A stretch of DNA of 64,000 nucleotides from Phycisphaerales bacterium (GTDB lineage Bacteria > Planctomycetota > Phycisphaerae > Phycisphaerales > SM1A02), in the NCBI GenBank assembly GCA_028278245.1, contig JANQEQ010000091.1, positions 12,600 through 76,599 of the forward strand, in the 5' to 3' direction. A model generated the notes under the pieces. It was not told where the DNA came from, did no database searches, and saw nothing but the letters and a program-made list of their open reading frames with translations. Each line of letters begins with the position of its first letter. The first letter of the stretch is position 1. Shown here in pieces: positions 9,181 through 18,741 of the stretch. A program made the position numbers and the translations under genes.

Positions 9181-11282
9181 TAACCACCGCCGGGGAATTG
9201 CAGTGAACCTGCACCCGAATCGAGTATCATTGCGAAACCGTCTTCGATTTTTAGATTCAGATCTTCAAACGTTTTGATCCGATTTGCTTCGATGTTTCCT
9301 GCAGTATCTTCAAAGAGTTTAGCAAACGCGCTGTTCCTTTGAGCTGCCGCGGCGAGCATTGCCAGCGCCTCAGCATTTCCCTGTAACATCTCAAATTCAC
9401 CGGTGTATTTTTCAGGATTCCCCATATACCACCTACCGTCCAGGCGGCTGATCGGCATCGGCATTGACATACCATTGCTCATGGCAATGTTAATCTCACC
9501 CGAGTCATCCGTCATATTTTGAAGATCCGCGGAAGTGATGCTTATCTGAACCACACCGAACATAGCAAGTTGTGATTGTAATGCAGTAACATCGTCGAGA
9601 TTCTTCCCAAATGTCTGCTGCATAACACTGTCAAGGCGAGCCATAGATCGCATCAATCGGATAGAACTACGTGATACACGCATTTCATCCTGAGATAAGC
9701 CGGTAACACGGTCAAGCGGAATCAAGAGTTCCAGTGACTGGAAATTGCTGCGAAGATCACTGGGATCACTGTTCAGTACAACATCCCGTAACTCTTCGGG
9801 TGTTGCTGCACCCTTTGTTGTTGAAGTTGCTGCCGTCGGAGAACTCGGCTGTCCTCCCGTATCACGATCCTGTGAAGGGGGTGCGAACTGACTCAGGTCA
9901 AGGCTTCCGCCGGTGAGCGCGGATAGAGATACATCCAATGATCTTGAATACTCCTCCAGTTCAATTCGATTTGGTCCGGAAGCCGGGGGCATGGTGTTCT
10001 TGGCTGTTTCAAAGGCTATCTGCGCTTCGTTCAATGCACGCTCATATTCTGCAACCGCCTGCTCATACTTCGCCTGGAAGTCTGAGGTGTCGCCTGCCAG
10101 GTCACCTGCCTGGATCAGCAAATCGTAAATCAGCCTGCGTTCATCAGCGATTCTTGCCACCCGCCAGTGATACTGACCCAGTGCTTCATTGATCTGTACG
10201 GCCACGAGTTTGGCGGCATTCTCACCGGATACGGATCCCCGATCAGCGCTGCTCCCGGTCTGACGTGCCTTGGAGACAGCTTGTTTCGCTTCACGAGCAG
10301 CCTTATCCAAATCGCTTTGTGCCGATGCATAAAGATCATTGAGTTCTCCGCCGGTCTGCTCATCCACAGCTCGCAGCAACTGGACAAACTCCTGCTTGTA
10401 TTGTTCAACCGCTCGACGAGTCTGCTCCACACTCTGAGCGATTGTCGCAGCCAACTCATCAAGATCTTCACGAGAAGCGTTGGTTGCCGCCATCGTCGCG
10501 TGCATCTGATCGACTCGTGCCTGGGCCAGATCGTGCTCCGGCTGATATTGGTAGGTCAGGTCGATATCGCGAAGTGCAATATCCCGCTCAATGAGATCTG
10601 CCTGTCGATTCAATTCGACTGATCTTTCGAAACTGGAAAAACCTGCGGTATATCCCGCTTCAGTTGATTCGCGACGGTAGTTATTGGCTTCTTCCCTCAG
10701 GCGGCTCACCTCCGTTGCATCCTGTGTGTTCTGGTGATCGCGTTCTGCGATGGGATCGTCCAGTTCAGCCAATTGCTCGCTGAAATGACTCAACATCATC
10801 TGGGCCGATGCATGAACCTGGTCCAACTGATCGCGCTGTGCATGTGTCTGGATCTTCTCCAGCGCCTGAGCGGTAGTATTCAAATCGCCGGCTGCGCGAA
10901 TCTGTCCCAGGATGTGAGCGTATTGAATGCTCTGCTCCTGTTCAACATCATCAGCGTGAGCGAGATTAATCAATGCCAGTTCGTGATAGATCGATGCGCT
11001 GAGCAAATGTCTTGCTGCCAGTTGACCCGGTGCGCCGTCGCTGAGTTTTCCGGTATCCCCTGCGAGTCGGCGTAATTTCCGCTCCCTATCAGAGAGATTC
11101 TCATCACCGGTATCGATCGGACTCACGATGATCGACGCCAATTCGGCACTAAGATTATTGAGTTGCTCCTGTATTTCGGCACGCTGTCGGGCAGATGAAT
11201 CTTCACAACCCGTGAGCAACAACAAGCCTGCAAAAAGACCAGTCAATTGAAACCTGATGAATAAATGGTGCATGATCTTCAC
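9180..11282 (-). CDS. Large coiled-coil lipoprotein, hypothetical
   Basis: 700 aa with a signal peptide and lipobox (LLLTGCEDS); the rest is extended coiled-coil rich in Q, E, A and R. Confidence 0.5.
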   Translation of the reverse strand: MKIMHHLFIRFQLTGLFAGLLLLTGCEDSSARQRAEIQEQLNNLSAELASIIVSPIDTGDENLSDRERKLRRLAGDTGKLSDGAPGQLAARHLLSASIYHELALINLAHADDVEQEQSIQYAHILGQIRAAGDLNTTAQALEKIQTHAQRDQLDQVHASAQMMLSHFSEQLAELDDPIAERDHQNTQDATEVSRLREEANNYRRESTEAGYTAGFSSFERSVELNRQADLIERDIALRDIDLTYQYQPEHDLAQARVDQMHATMAATNASREDLDELAATIAQSVEQTRRAVEQYKQEFVQLLRAVDEQTGGELNDLYASAQSDLDKAAREAKQAVSKARQTGSSADRGSVSGENAAKLVAVQINEALGQYHWRVARIADERRLIYDLLIQAGDLAGDTSDFQAKYEQAVAEYERALNEAQIAFETAKNTMPPASGPNRIELEEYSRSLDVSLSALTGGSLDLSQFAPPSQDRDTGGQPSSPTAATSTTKGAATPEELRDVVLNSDPSDLRSNFQSLELLIPLDRVTGLSQDEMRVSRSSIRLMRSMARLDSVMQQTFGKNLDDVTALQSQLAMFGVVQISITSADLQNMTDDSGEINIAMSNGMSMPMPISRLDGRWYMGNPEKYTGEFEMLQGNAEALAMLAAAAQRNSAFAKLFEDTAGNIEANRIKTFEDLNLKIEDGFAMILDSGAGSLQFPGGG

Positions 11283-11552
11283 CGATTGTCTCTCATGTAT
11301 GTTCTTGTGGATACGAATGAGAACATGATTCCTGCAAGGAAGGGAATTCCGATGGACAACGGATTCAATCGCTCATGTGCCCCTGGACCAGCCGCAGGGC
11401 TGAACATCGGGGATGACGATCTCGTCCGCCGTTTTAGAACCATGCAGTGTAGCAGTTCCACACACCTTGTGCAGGCGAGAGTGCCGTATGGATGAGAGTA
11501 TCCCGGCGTGTGAAAACCGAGATTCTTCCCCAAATTGAATGTTGTGGATGCC

Positions 11553-12995
11553 TCAGCGGGGCGTTCGCCCATCATCCTCTTCAGGAGCCACATCCACCGG
11601 CTGGTTCATCATGGGCGGCTCATATTCCACCGGATAGTCCGGCCGGGGCTGCATCATGGCCCGAATCCACTGGAGCGCGTAATCCTTGAGGCGATCATTG
11701 TGATGGCGGAAGACCGGCCTCCACCCTTTCACCTCAGGATGGGGCAAACGAGCTTGATTCTGAGGCAGGGCATATTGGATCAGCAATGACATCTCCGGAT
11801 CCTGGTAGTTGATCAGAGGCCACTCGGGATCCAGTTCCAATCGCTCCAGAATGAGGAGATTCGTGTATCGAACCCGAGGATCCTTGGCCCGGTACCGATG
11901 GAGGAATAATCGACCCGCATTGATTCCCCCGTGGCACCGGCTGGTGGCACAATTGTTCATCAGCCAGGTGTTGTGAACACGCTGGCGAAACAGGTTGAGA
12001 GCATGCGGTTCACTGAGCACGTTAATTTGGCTGTACATCTCCCGTGCGCGTAATTGAAAAATCAGCCGCGTCAGGTTGATTGGATCAGCCCGGAACATCG
12101 CGTTTCGTTCTGCCTGTGTTGCCGGGATCAACTCGCTGGTGGTGTAATTCTCAATCAATGTTCGGATCGTGTCCGGCTCGATATGCACCTTGGGCGGATT
12201 GGAGAAATCAATCTCGTAGACTCGAATCAAGTTCACATCTTCATTGCTGAGAATTTCCTGCGGAAGTAGATCCTTCACCCGTACTGGTCCACTCTTTGTC
12301 TCCGATTCATCGCTCTGTGTTGCACCTACATCGCCATTTCCAGTGCGTGATTGCGATTGATCTTTCAGGGCCAGCGAAGCCTCCACCAGCGCCAGCAGGC
12401 GTCGGGCTTCCTCGATTACCTTCTTTGAGAGAAGGTCATCCAATTCGGGCTTGGCCAGATCATACCGTCGCTCCTCCACCAGCCATCGACAAAGTGATAA
12501 TTGCTCCGTCAGCATGAACGGTTCGAGGGTTGCTTTGTAAGCAGCGTATTTCTCGTCAAAGGTGGGTTCAAGCACGACATGATGCACAACCTCGCGTTTG
12601 AGTTTGGTGCGTATGCCTTCGATTTCCAGTTTCACGTAGTCAAAATGGTCTTCCAGGATCAGCCCATCCCGGAGCTGCCCGTTGTTCAGAACCACCACGC
12701 CATGCTGATCGGGCAGAGGTTCCACCAGGCGAATGATCTCCAGGACGCGGCTTTTCGGATAACTCTGCAGTTCGCCTTCACGCGTGCGGATGACGATCAC
12801 CTGATCATCTTCCATGGCGACAAATCCTGCAGTCTGCTTGTTCCGGTTGATATTGAGTACCACGCGCGATTCGACAGCGGGCATCTCATCAGATGTGACA
12901 GGCGGCTGCTGTGGGGCTGGTTCCTCCGCCTGTGCTGCGATGACGGCAAACAGAATGTAGATAAGTATCCGAACGATCATGAGGCCAATTCTCAC
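11553..12995 (-). CDS. Hypothetical secreted protein
   Basis: 480 aa with an N-terminal signal peptide and no confidently recognised domain. Confidence 0.45.
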   Translation of the reverse strand: MRIGLMIVRILIYILFAVIAAQAEEPAPQQPPVTSDEMPAVESRVVLNINRNKQTAGFVAMEDDQVIVIRTREGELQSYPKSRVLEIIRLVEPLPDQHGVVVLNNGQLRDGLILEDHFDYVKLEIEGIRTKLKREVVHHVVLEPTFDEKYAAYKATLEPFMLTEQLSLCRWLVEERRYDLAKPELDDLLSKKVIEEARRLLALVEASLALKDQSQSRTGNGDVGATQSDESETKSGPVRVKDLLPQEILSNEDVNLIRVYEIDFSNPPKVHIEPDTIRTLIENYTTSELIPATQAERNAMFRADPINLTRLIFQLRAREMYSQINVLSEPHALNLFRQRVHNTWLMNNCATSRCHGGINAGRLFLHRYRAKDPRVRYTNLLILERLELDPEWPLINYQDPEMSLLIQYALPQNQARLPHPEVKGWRPVFRHHNDRLKDYALQWIRAMMQPRPDYPVEYEPPMMNQPVDVAPEEDDGRTPR

Positions 12996-13119
12996 CGAGT
13001 TGACGGCAATCCGTCAATATCCGCTTGCTCTCACCCTGAGATTCAGCGAAGCTGCACGTCCTATCCTAACCGGATGCGCTGATGCACCTGTCATGTTCTC
13101 CATTTTTGGGAGTAGAAAA

Positions 13120-14112
13120 ATGAAACTTGGCGTTATGGCAGCCTTATTTACCGGAATGTCCTTCGATGATGCCCTGGATTATTGTGCGGGGCTGGGGCTG
13201 GATGCCATCGAAATACCCGTGGGAGCGTACCCCGGCAAGCCCTTCTTCAATCCCACGTCGGTACTCCAGTCCACCAAAAAGCAGGAGGAGATCAAGGCTA
13301 AAATCCGTGAACGCGGCCTGGAAGTCTCCGCCCTGGCGGTGCACGGCAACCCGATCCATCCCAACAAGGCCCACGCGCGGCGGGATCACGACGCCTTTGT
13401 AACGGCCGTGAAACTCGCCCCCAAACTGGGAACAAATGTCGTCAATACCTTCTCCGGCTGCCCCGGTGGCTCCAAGACGGACAAAACGCCGAACTGGGTC
13501 ACCTGTGCCTGGCCGGACGATTACCAGGCGATCCAAGCCTACCAGTGGGATGAAGTGCTGGTGCCGTACTGGGCGCAGCAGGCCAAGTTCCTCAAGCACT
13601 ACAAGGTGAAGGTGGGGTGGGAAGCGCATCCGGGATTCTGTGTGTACAACCCCGATACGCTCATTCGCCTTTCTCAGAGAGCTTCGAAACTGGCCGGGAT
13701 CAAAGGTAAAACTCCGTTGGGGGCGAACTACGATCCGTCCCATTTCTTCTGGCAGGGGATTGATCCGGTACTGGCGGCGCGCGAGATTGCCGAAGCGGGT
13801 TTGATGTACCACGTGCATGCCAAGGATACGGAACTCGATCCCGTGCAAGGGCCGATCAACGGCTACCTCGATGCCCGACCCTACAGCAATCTGCATCAAC
13901 GGTCCTGGTCGTTCCGCACCTGTGGCTACGGCCACGGCGATGAGTTCTGGAAACCGCTCATCTCACTGCTCAAACGCTACGGCTACGAAGGCGTGCTCAG
14001 TATCGAACACGAAGATTCACTGATGAGTGTCGAAGAAGGATTTGAAAAAGCCGTCGCTTATCTTGGTCAGATCATTATCGAGGAACAGGCCGGCCAGCCG
14101 TGGTGGTGCTAA
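13120..14112 (+). CDS. Sugar phosphate isomerase/epimerase (xylose-isomerase-like TIM barrel)
   Basis: MKLGVMAALFTGMSFDDALDYCAGLGLDAIEI is a typical AP_endonuc_2 family start. The internal Met was chosen because an RBS lies upstream. Confidence 0.7.
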   Translation: MKLGVMAALFTGMSFDDALDYCAGLGLDAIEIPVGAYPGKPFFNPTSVLQSTKKQEEIKAKIRERGLEVSALAVHGNPIHPNKAHARRDHDAFVTAVKLAPKLGTNVVNTFSGCPGGSKTDKTPNWVTCAWPDDYQAIQAYQWDEVLVPYWAQQAKFLKHYKVKVGWEAHPGFCVYNPDTLIRLSQRASKLAGIKGKTPLGANYDPSHFFWQGIDPVLAAREIAEAGLMYHVHAKDTELDPVQGPINGYLDARPYSNLHQRSWSFRTCGYGHGDEFWKPLISLLKRYGYEGVLSIEHEDSLMSVEEGFEKAVAYLGQIIIEEQAGQPWWC

Positions 14113-14126
14113 GGGAGAAAAGGTAC

Positions 14127-14657
14127 CTAATACCTTTTCTTTGCCACGAGTGACTTGATAAGGGAGTGTGCTGCCACTTCGCCTTCGTGTATCCAGATAT
14201 CGTCTACGCCTCCGGTACCGTCCTCCAGATGCCGTTGAATACACGCGAACGCTTCGTCCACCTCGATTACAGAAACGCCAAAATCTATTTGGTGCTCGGT
14301 GCGGAAATTTTTAAGATCATTGTGGGCGATCCGTTTGTTCCGCGCCGTCTTGATCTTGTTGCGAAACGGCTTCAATATGGGACATAACTCACAATCGATG
14401 ACACCTTCCAAGGTCAGATTGTGGTTGCTACCTTGCGTGACCGGATCAAGTATTCGTGCCAGACCCAATAAGATATCCGTGCGAAGTGCATCCTGAAGGC
14501 ATCCGCCAGCTACATTAGATGCGCGATTGAGGGCATCAACCCCGTCGCCTTTGCCCACAAACAAACCTTTCCACAAGCCCCACTTCATGCGGAGCATGCG
14601 GTTTTCCCGCACCAAGAGATCGCGATCGTTCGCTGTTTGCGCAGGGGTACCTGTCAT
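14127..14657 (-). CDS. Hypothetical protein with HEPN-like Rx5H motif (RNKRIAHND)
   Basis: 176 aa, alpha-helical, with one R-x5-H motif. It overlaps the upstream small membrane gene in an ATGA arrangement. Confidence 0.35.
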   Translation of the reverse strand: MTGTPAQTANDRDLLVRENRMLRMKWGLWKGLFVGKGDGVDALNRASNVAGGCLQDALRTDILLGLARILDPVTQGSNHNLTLEGVIDCELCPILKPFRNKIKTARNKRIAHNDLKNFRTEHQIDFGVSVIEVDEAFACIQRHLEDGTGGVDDIWIHEGEVAAHSLIKSLVAKKRY

Positions 14658-14938
14658 GATTCAGTACCACAAGTCGCGCCTACATCGTCTTCTGGATCAT
14701 TGTTCTGTCTACTCTTCTTGACGTGGCCAAAGACCAGAGAAGCGATCCATCCGAGGACGAGTGCCGGAATCCCAGTACCAAAGAGCCAGCCCAGGAAGTA
14801 ACCACTCCCGTCACGATTGCCCTCAATAACCGCTGCCATAAACCCATAGAACGCCATTTCGGACGAACGCCAGAACGCGAGCGCACCAAGTAGAAAGACA
14901 ACAGCGAACACAATGAAGAACACCTTTTTGCGCGACAT
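14654..14938 (-). CDS. Small two-TM membrane protein
   Basis: 94 aa with two hydrophobic helices, co-operonic with the HEPN-like ORF. Confidence 0.4.
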   Translation of the reverse strand: MSRKKVFFIVFAVVFLLGALAFWRSSEMAFYGFMAAVIEGNRDGSGYFLGWLFGTGIPALVLGWIASLVFGHVKKSRQNNDPEDDVGATCGTES

Positions 14939-15201
14939 GTGTCGTTCCTTGTTAGTTTGCGAATCTGCAAAGGAATGAATGTAGGATTAGTCGAGCGACA
15001 TAGGAGCGATCCCCACCATCTTCCATTCCCCAGTCATTCCGGCGCGGGCAGGAATCCAGTAGATAGTCATTCATCGTCCAGATTAACACCGGATACCAGA
15101 TAACATCCTGCACTTTTTGCACAAATGAAGATGCAACTTCCTAGTCGGATGGTGTTTCCCAAACACAACACAACAGGAGAAGAGTTTCTGACCCCCTTGT
15201 G

Positions 15202-15870
15202 CTATGCACATTCCCATTTTTCGCCGGGTTTCATGGCCATGACTTCAACCCCTGCGGGAGTGAACGCGGAGATGTCATCGGTGAGCAACGGCCAGGTGCC
15301 GTAGTGAATGGGAATCGCTACCCTGGGTTTGATCAGTTCCGCGGCCTTGGCACCCAGTTCCGGCCCCATGGTGAAGCGATCACCCACGGGAATCATCGCG
15401 ACGTCCGGTTTATAAATCTCGCCGATCAATTTCATATCGCTGAACAAACTCGTATCGCCGCAGTGATAGATCGTGGTGCCGTCGAGATTGACGATCGCGC
15501 CGCAGGGCATGCCCATGTACTTGCCATTGAACGATGAAGAGTGGAACGCCTGGGTGAGCGCGACGAAGCCGAAGTCGGCTGCGACCTTTCCGCCCGGATT
15601 CATGGGTTCGAGTTTCCCCACCGCATGTTCGCCACAGTATTCGCAGATTTCAAACGCGCCGTAGACCGTGGCGTCGTTGGCCTTGGCGATGGCGATCGTG
15701 TCACCGAAGTGATCAGCGTGGCCGTGCGTCAGCACCACCGCCTGGCACTTGATGTCGTCCGGCTTGAGCGTGGCGACCGGATTACCGGTGAGAAAGGGAT
15801 CAATGGCGACTGCGCTGGAGCCTTCCAGCAGAAAACCCGCGTGTCCGAGGAATTGAATTGTGATTGACAT
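15202..15870 (-). CDS. Metal-dependent hydrolase, MBL fold (UPF0173-like)
   Basis: HGHADHFGD metallo-beta-lactamase motif, 222 aa. Confidence 0.8.
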   Translation of the reverse strand: MSITIQFLGHAGFLLEGSSAVAIDPFLTGNPVATLKPDDIKCQAVVLTHGHADHFGDTIAIAKANDATVYGAFEICEYCGEHAVGKLEPMNPGGKVAADFGFVALTQAFHSSSFNGKYMGMPCGAIVNLDGTTIYHCGDTSLFSDMKLIGEIYKPDVAMIPVGDRFTMGPELGAKAAELIKPRVAIPIHYGTWPLLTDDISAFTPAGVEVMAMKPGEKWECA

Positions 15871-15941
15871 GACCAGCTTCCTGTATCAGAAGAGTGTGTG
15901 GTCGCCATTGTAATATGGACAAAGGAGCCTGTGGGAAATAG

Positions 15942-15962
15942 CTGCGAGTCAACGACTCACAG
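15942..15962. repeat. REP-like palindromic element (ctgcgagtc-aac-gactcacag)
   Basis: One of four copies of the ~21-nt hairpin CTGCGAGTC-GTT-GACTCGCAG in the window; all copies are intergenic. Confidence 0.6.
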
Positions 15963-15971
15963 ATCATCAAC

Positions 15972-17198
15972 TCAATTGTGTGGGGGGGTTAGCGCCAAGT
16001 GGCAGAACATCTCAATACCGATGGGCAGGGCATCATCATTAAAATCGAACGTGGGCTGGTGCAGGCCTGGCATGGAATCCTGCGCTGGAGGCAGCAAACC
16101 CAAAAAAAAGAAGCACGAGGGAAGCGCCTGGCAGTAAAACGAGAAATCCTCCCCACCCATGATCGGATCCGTCACGCGTGCCACGCGCTCTGAGCCAAGG
16201 CTCTCGGTGGCAACTCGCTCAAACACATCGACCGCCCCCACATCATTTTCCGTGACGGGGTAACCATCAATGTACTCAACATCGATCCGGCAATCGAACG
16301 CTTTACCGATTCCCTCTGCGATTTGCTGCAACCGGTTCACCGTGGCGGTTTTTGTTTCTCTGCGCAGTGTTCTCACTGTGCCGCCCAGTTGCACGCTATC
16401 GGGAATGATGTTGTGCGTCGTGCCGCCGTGGATCTGCGTGGTGGAGACGACCACACTATCCAGCGGATCGACATTCCGCGCGGCAATGTTCTGCAGAGCA
16501 CTGATCAGGGCCGCGCTGCACACGATCGGATCGCGTCCCTTGTGGGGTAATGCTGCGTGCCCGCCGATCCCGTGTATCGTCATTTGGAATTCATCAGCCG
16601 CAGCCAGTAACGGTCCCGGACGAGTGCCAACCGATCCCAGCGGCATGTACGGCCAACCGTGAAGGCCGAACATCATCGACAACGGCGGTCCGAGTATTCG
16701 CCCATCCACACAACCATCCTCCACCATGCGTCTTCCCCCAGCCCCGCCTTCCTCCGCCGGCTGAAACAGGAAAGTGATTGGCCGGGGCAACGATGACTCC
16801 CGTGCCAGCTTACCCAGAACACGAGCCGCACCGAGCAGGATTGTCGTATGACCATCGTGGCCGCAGGCGTGCATTTTTCCAGTGGTCATTGACACATAAG
16901 GAAGATCGCTTTCTTCCTGGATCGGTAATGCGTCCATGTCCGCCCGTAAGCCGATGGCCGGCGCATCTCCCGCGGGGATGTGGCCGAGGATTCCCGTGCC
17001 TCCTGCCAGGCCGGCCCGATGAGATACACCCGCAGTCTCCAGCTCCCGGCACACCATTTCCGCCGTCCGATTTTCTTCATAACCCAGCTCCGGATTGGCG
17101 TGAAGATCGTGGCGAATTTTGATGAGATCCGGTAACTCCTGGCGGATCATTTCGCGCAAAAAATCATCAGTAATTTCAGTAGGATTTTTGATTGTCAT
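15972..17198 (-). CDS. M20/M20D family amidohydrolase (hippurate hydrolase / N-acyl-amino acid amidohydrolase-like)
   Basis: HACGHDGH metal-binding motif, 408 aa. Confidence 0.85.
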   Translation of the reverse strand: MTIKNPTEITDDFLREMIRQELPDLIKIRHDLHANPELGYEENRTAEMVCRELETAGVSHRAGLAGGTGILGHIPAGDAPAIGLRADMDALPIQEESDLPYVSMTTGKMHACGHDGHTTILLGAARVLGKLARESSLPRPITFLFQPAEEGGAGGRRMVEDGCVDGRILGPPLSMMFGLHGWPYMPLGSVGTRPGPLLAAADEFQMTIHGIGGHAALPHKGRDPIVCSAALISALQNIAARNVDPLDSVVVSTTQIHGGTTHNIIPDSVQLGGTVRTLRRETKTATVNRLQQIAEGIGKAFDCRIDVEYIDGYPVTENDVGAVDVFERVATESLGSERVARVTDPIMGGEDFSFYCQALPSCFFFLGLLPPAQDSMPGLHQPTFDFNDDALPIGIEMFCHLALTPPHN

Positions 17199-17252
17199 GT
17201 GCCTATCCTAGCTCCTTCATTTCACATGAGGATACGCCAAATCCTCATCTGA

Positions 17253-17828
17253 TTGAACAGGAGGTTCCTTGCCATGGATATGCAGGTACTTTTCGTATGC
17301 AGTTTGATCTTCTTTGCCCGGGTGATTGACGTCACCCTGGGTACGCTGCGCACCGTCTGGATTGTTGAGGGTCGCCGGTGGTCGGTGTTCCTGCTGGGAT
17401 TCATCGAAATCCTGGTCTGGATTTTTGCGGTCTCTGAAGTCATGCAGAAGATGGACAATCCGATGTACGCGATGTTCTATGCCCTGGGATTCGCCACGGG
17501 TAACTATGTTGGTATCACCCTGGAGCGATATCTGGCTTACGGCGAGCAGATCGTCCGGATCTTCTCCCGTCACGGTAACATCCTCGCCCAGGCGTTCCGT
17601 AATCTCGACTTCGGCGTCACGGTGTTTCGAGGTGACGGGCGCGATTCACAGATAGACATGTGTTTCATCGAGACCCGCCGCCGCCGAGTGCGTGAGATCG
17701 TCAAGCTCGCGCGGGAACTCGATCCCTCATGTTTTTATGTGATCGACACGGTTCAGGTGGCTTCGACCGCGAAGCCGGCCGAGGCGCGTAATCCCACCGG
17801 ATGGCGCGCTGTTCTCAAAAAGAAATAA
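17253..17828 (+). CDS. DUF2179 / UPF0316 family membrane protein
   Basis: ARVIDVTLGTLRTVWIVEGRR and GFATGNYVGITLE motifs of UPF0316. Confidence 0.55.
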   Translation: MNRRFLAMDMQVLFVCSLIFFARVIDVTLGTLRTVWIVEGRRWSVFLLGFIEILVWIFAVSEVMQKMDNPMYAMFYALGFATGNYVGITLERYLAYGEQIVRIFSRHGNILAQAFRNLDFGVTVFRGDGRDSQIDMCFIETRRRRVREIVKLARELDPSCFYVIDTVQVASTAKPAEARNPTGWRAVLKKK

Positions 17829-17842
17829 CGAAAGGCATACGT

Positions 17843-18691
17843 TTATTCTGACCATCCGTGAAGCGCCGGCTCGGCAAACTTTAACCGCTCGACCATAACC
17901 CGCATCGCTTCCTCATTATTATCTACCAGCACCGCGCTGCGCCCTTGCTGCAATGCTGCCTCACCCGTCGTCCCGCTACCGGCAAAGAAATCCAGAACGC
18001 AATCACCGGGATTGCTATGCACACGAATGATCCGATCGATCACACCTCGCGGTTTCTGTGTGGGGTAACCCGTTTTTTCCTTGCCGCTCGGGCTGACAAT
18101 CGTGTGCCACCACGTATCCGTCGGCGTTTTGCCGCGCTCCACCTTTTCCTTCGTGACTAATCCTGGTGCCATGTACGGAATGCGATCAATGTCTTCATAG
18201 CGGTACGTGTAATTTTCCGGATCCTTTGCGTACCAGAGAATGTTGTCGTGCTTGGGTGACCATCGCTTCTGCGATCTCGCGCCGTAATCATACGCCCAGA
18301 TGATTTCATTGATGAACGATGACCGGCCGAAGATCCCGTCCAGCATCACCTTGCAGTAATGCACTTCGCGGTAATCCAGATGTAGGAAAAAACTCCCCTG
18401 CGGTTTGAGCAGTCGATACGCTTCCTCCAGCCGCGGTTCAAGAAAGCCCAGGAAATCATCGAATTGATCTGCAAATGCTTTCTGCCCGAGGTGAACTGTG
18501 CGATATCGCTTGCCCTTGAAACCTGCGCGATCACCCTGATCATCCTGCAAGGTGCGAATCTGCGCGCGGCTCTGCTTCTTCCCCGTATTGAACGGCGGAT
18601 CGACATAGATGAGATCAAAACTCTCTTCAGGAAAGCTCTGGAGGATTGGCAGGTTGTCGCCGAAATGAATGTCAAGCGTCGGAGTGGTCAA
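17843..18691 (-). CDS. Site-specific DNA methyltransferase (N6-adenine/N4-cytosine, beta class)
   Basis: Motif IV DPPF (YVDPPFNTG) lies before motif I FFAGSGTTG, in N6_N4_Mtase family order, 282 aa. Confidence 0.85.
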   Translation of the reverse strand: MTTPTLDIHFGDNLPILQSFPEESFDLIYVDPPFNTGKKQSRAQIRTLQDDQGDRAGFKGKRYRTVHLGQKAFADQFDDFLGFLEPRLEEAYRLLKPQGSFFLHLDYREVHYCKVMLDGIFGRSSFINEIIWAYDYGARSQKRWSPKHDNILWYAKDPENYTYRYEDIDRIPYMAPGLVTKEKVERGKTPTDTWWHTIVSPSGKEKTGYPTQKPRGVIDRIIRVHSNPGDCVLDFFAGSGTTGEAALQQGRSAVLVDNNEEAMRVMVERLKFAEPALHGWSE

Positions 18692-18741
18692 AGTTCAGCG
18701 CGATCGAAGAATGTGTAATCCGTCATATCAACACGAACATA

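Noticed and set aside
16270-17122. Pro/Arg-rich plus-strand ORFs of 75-130 aa
   Set aside because: They are antisense to the M20 amidohydrolase gene, so they are GC-rich frame artefacts.
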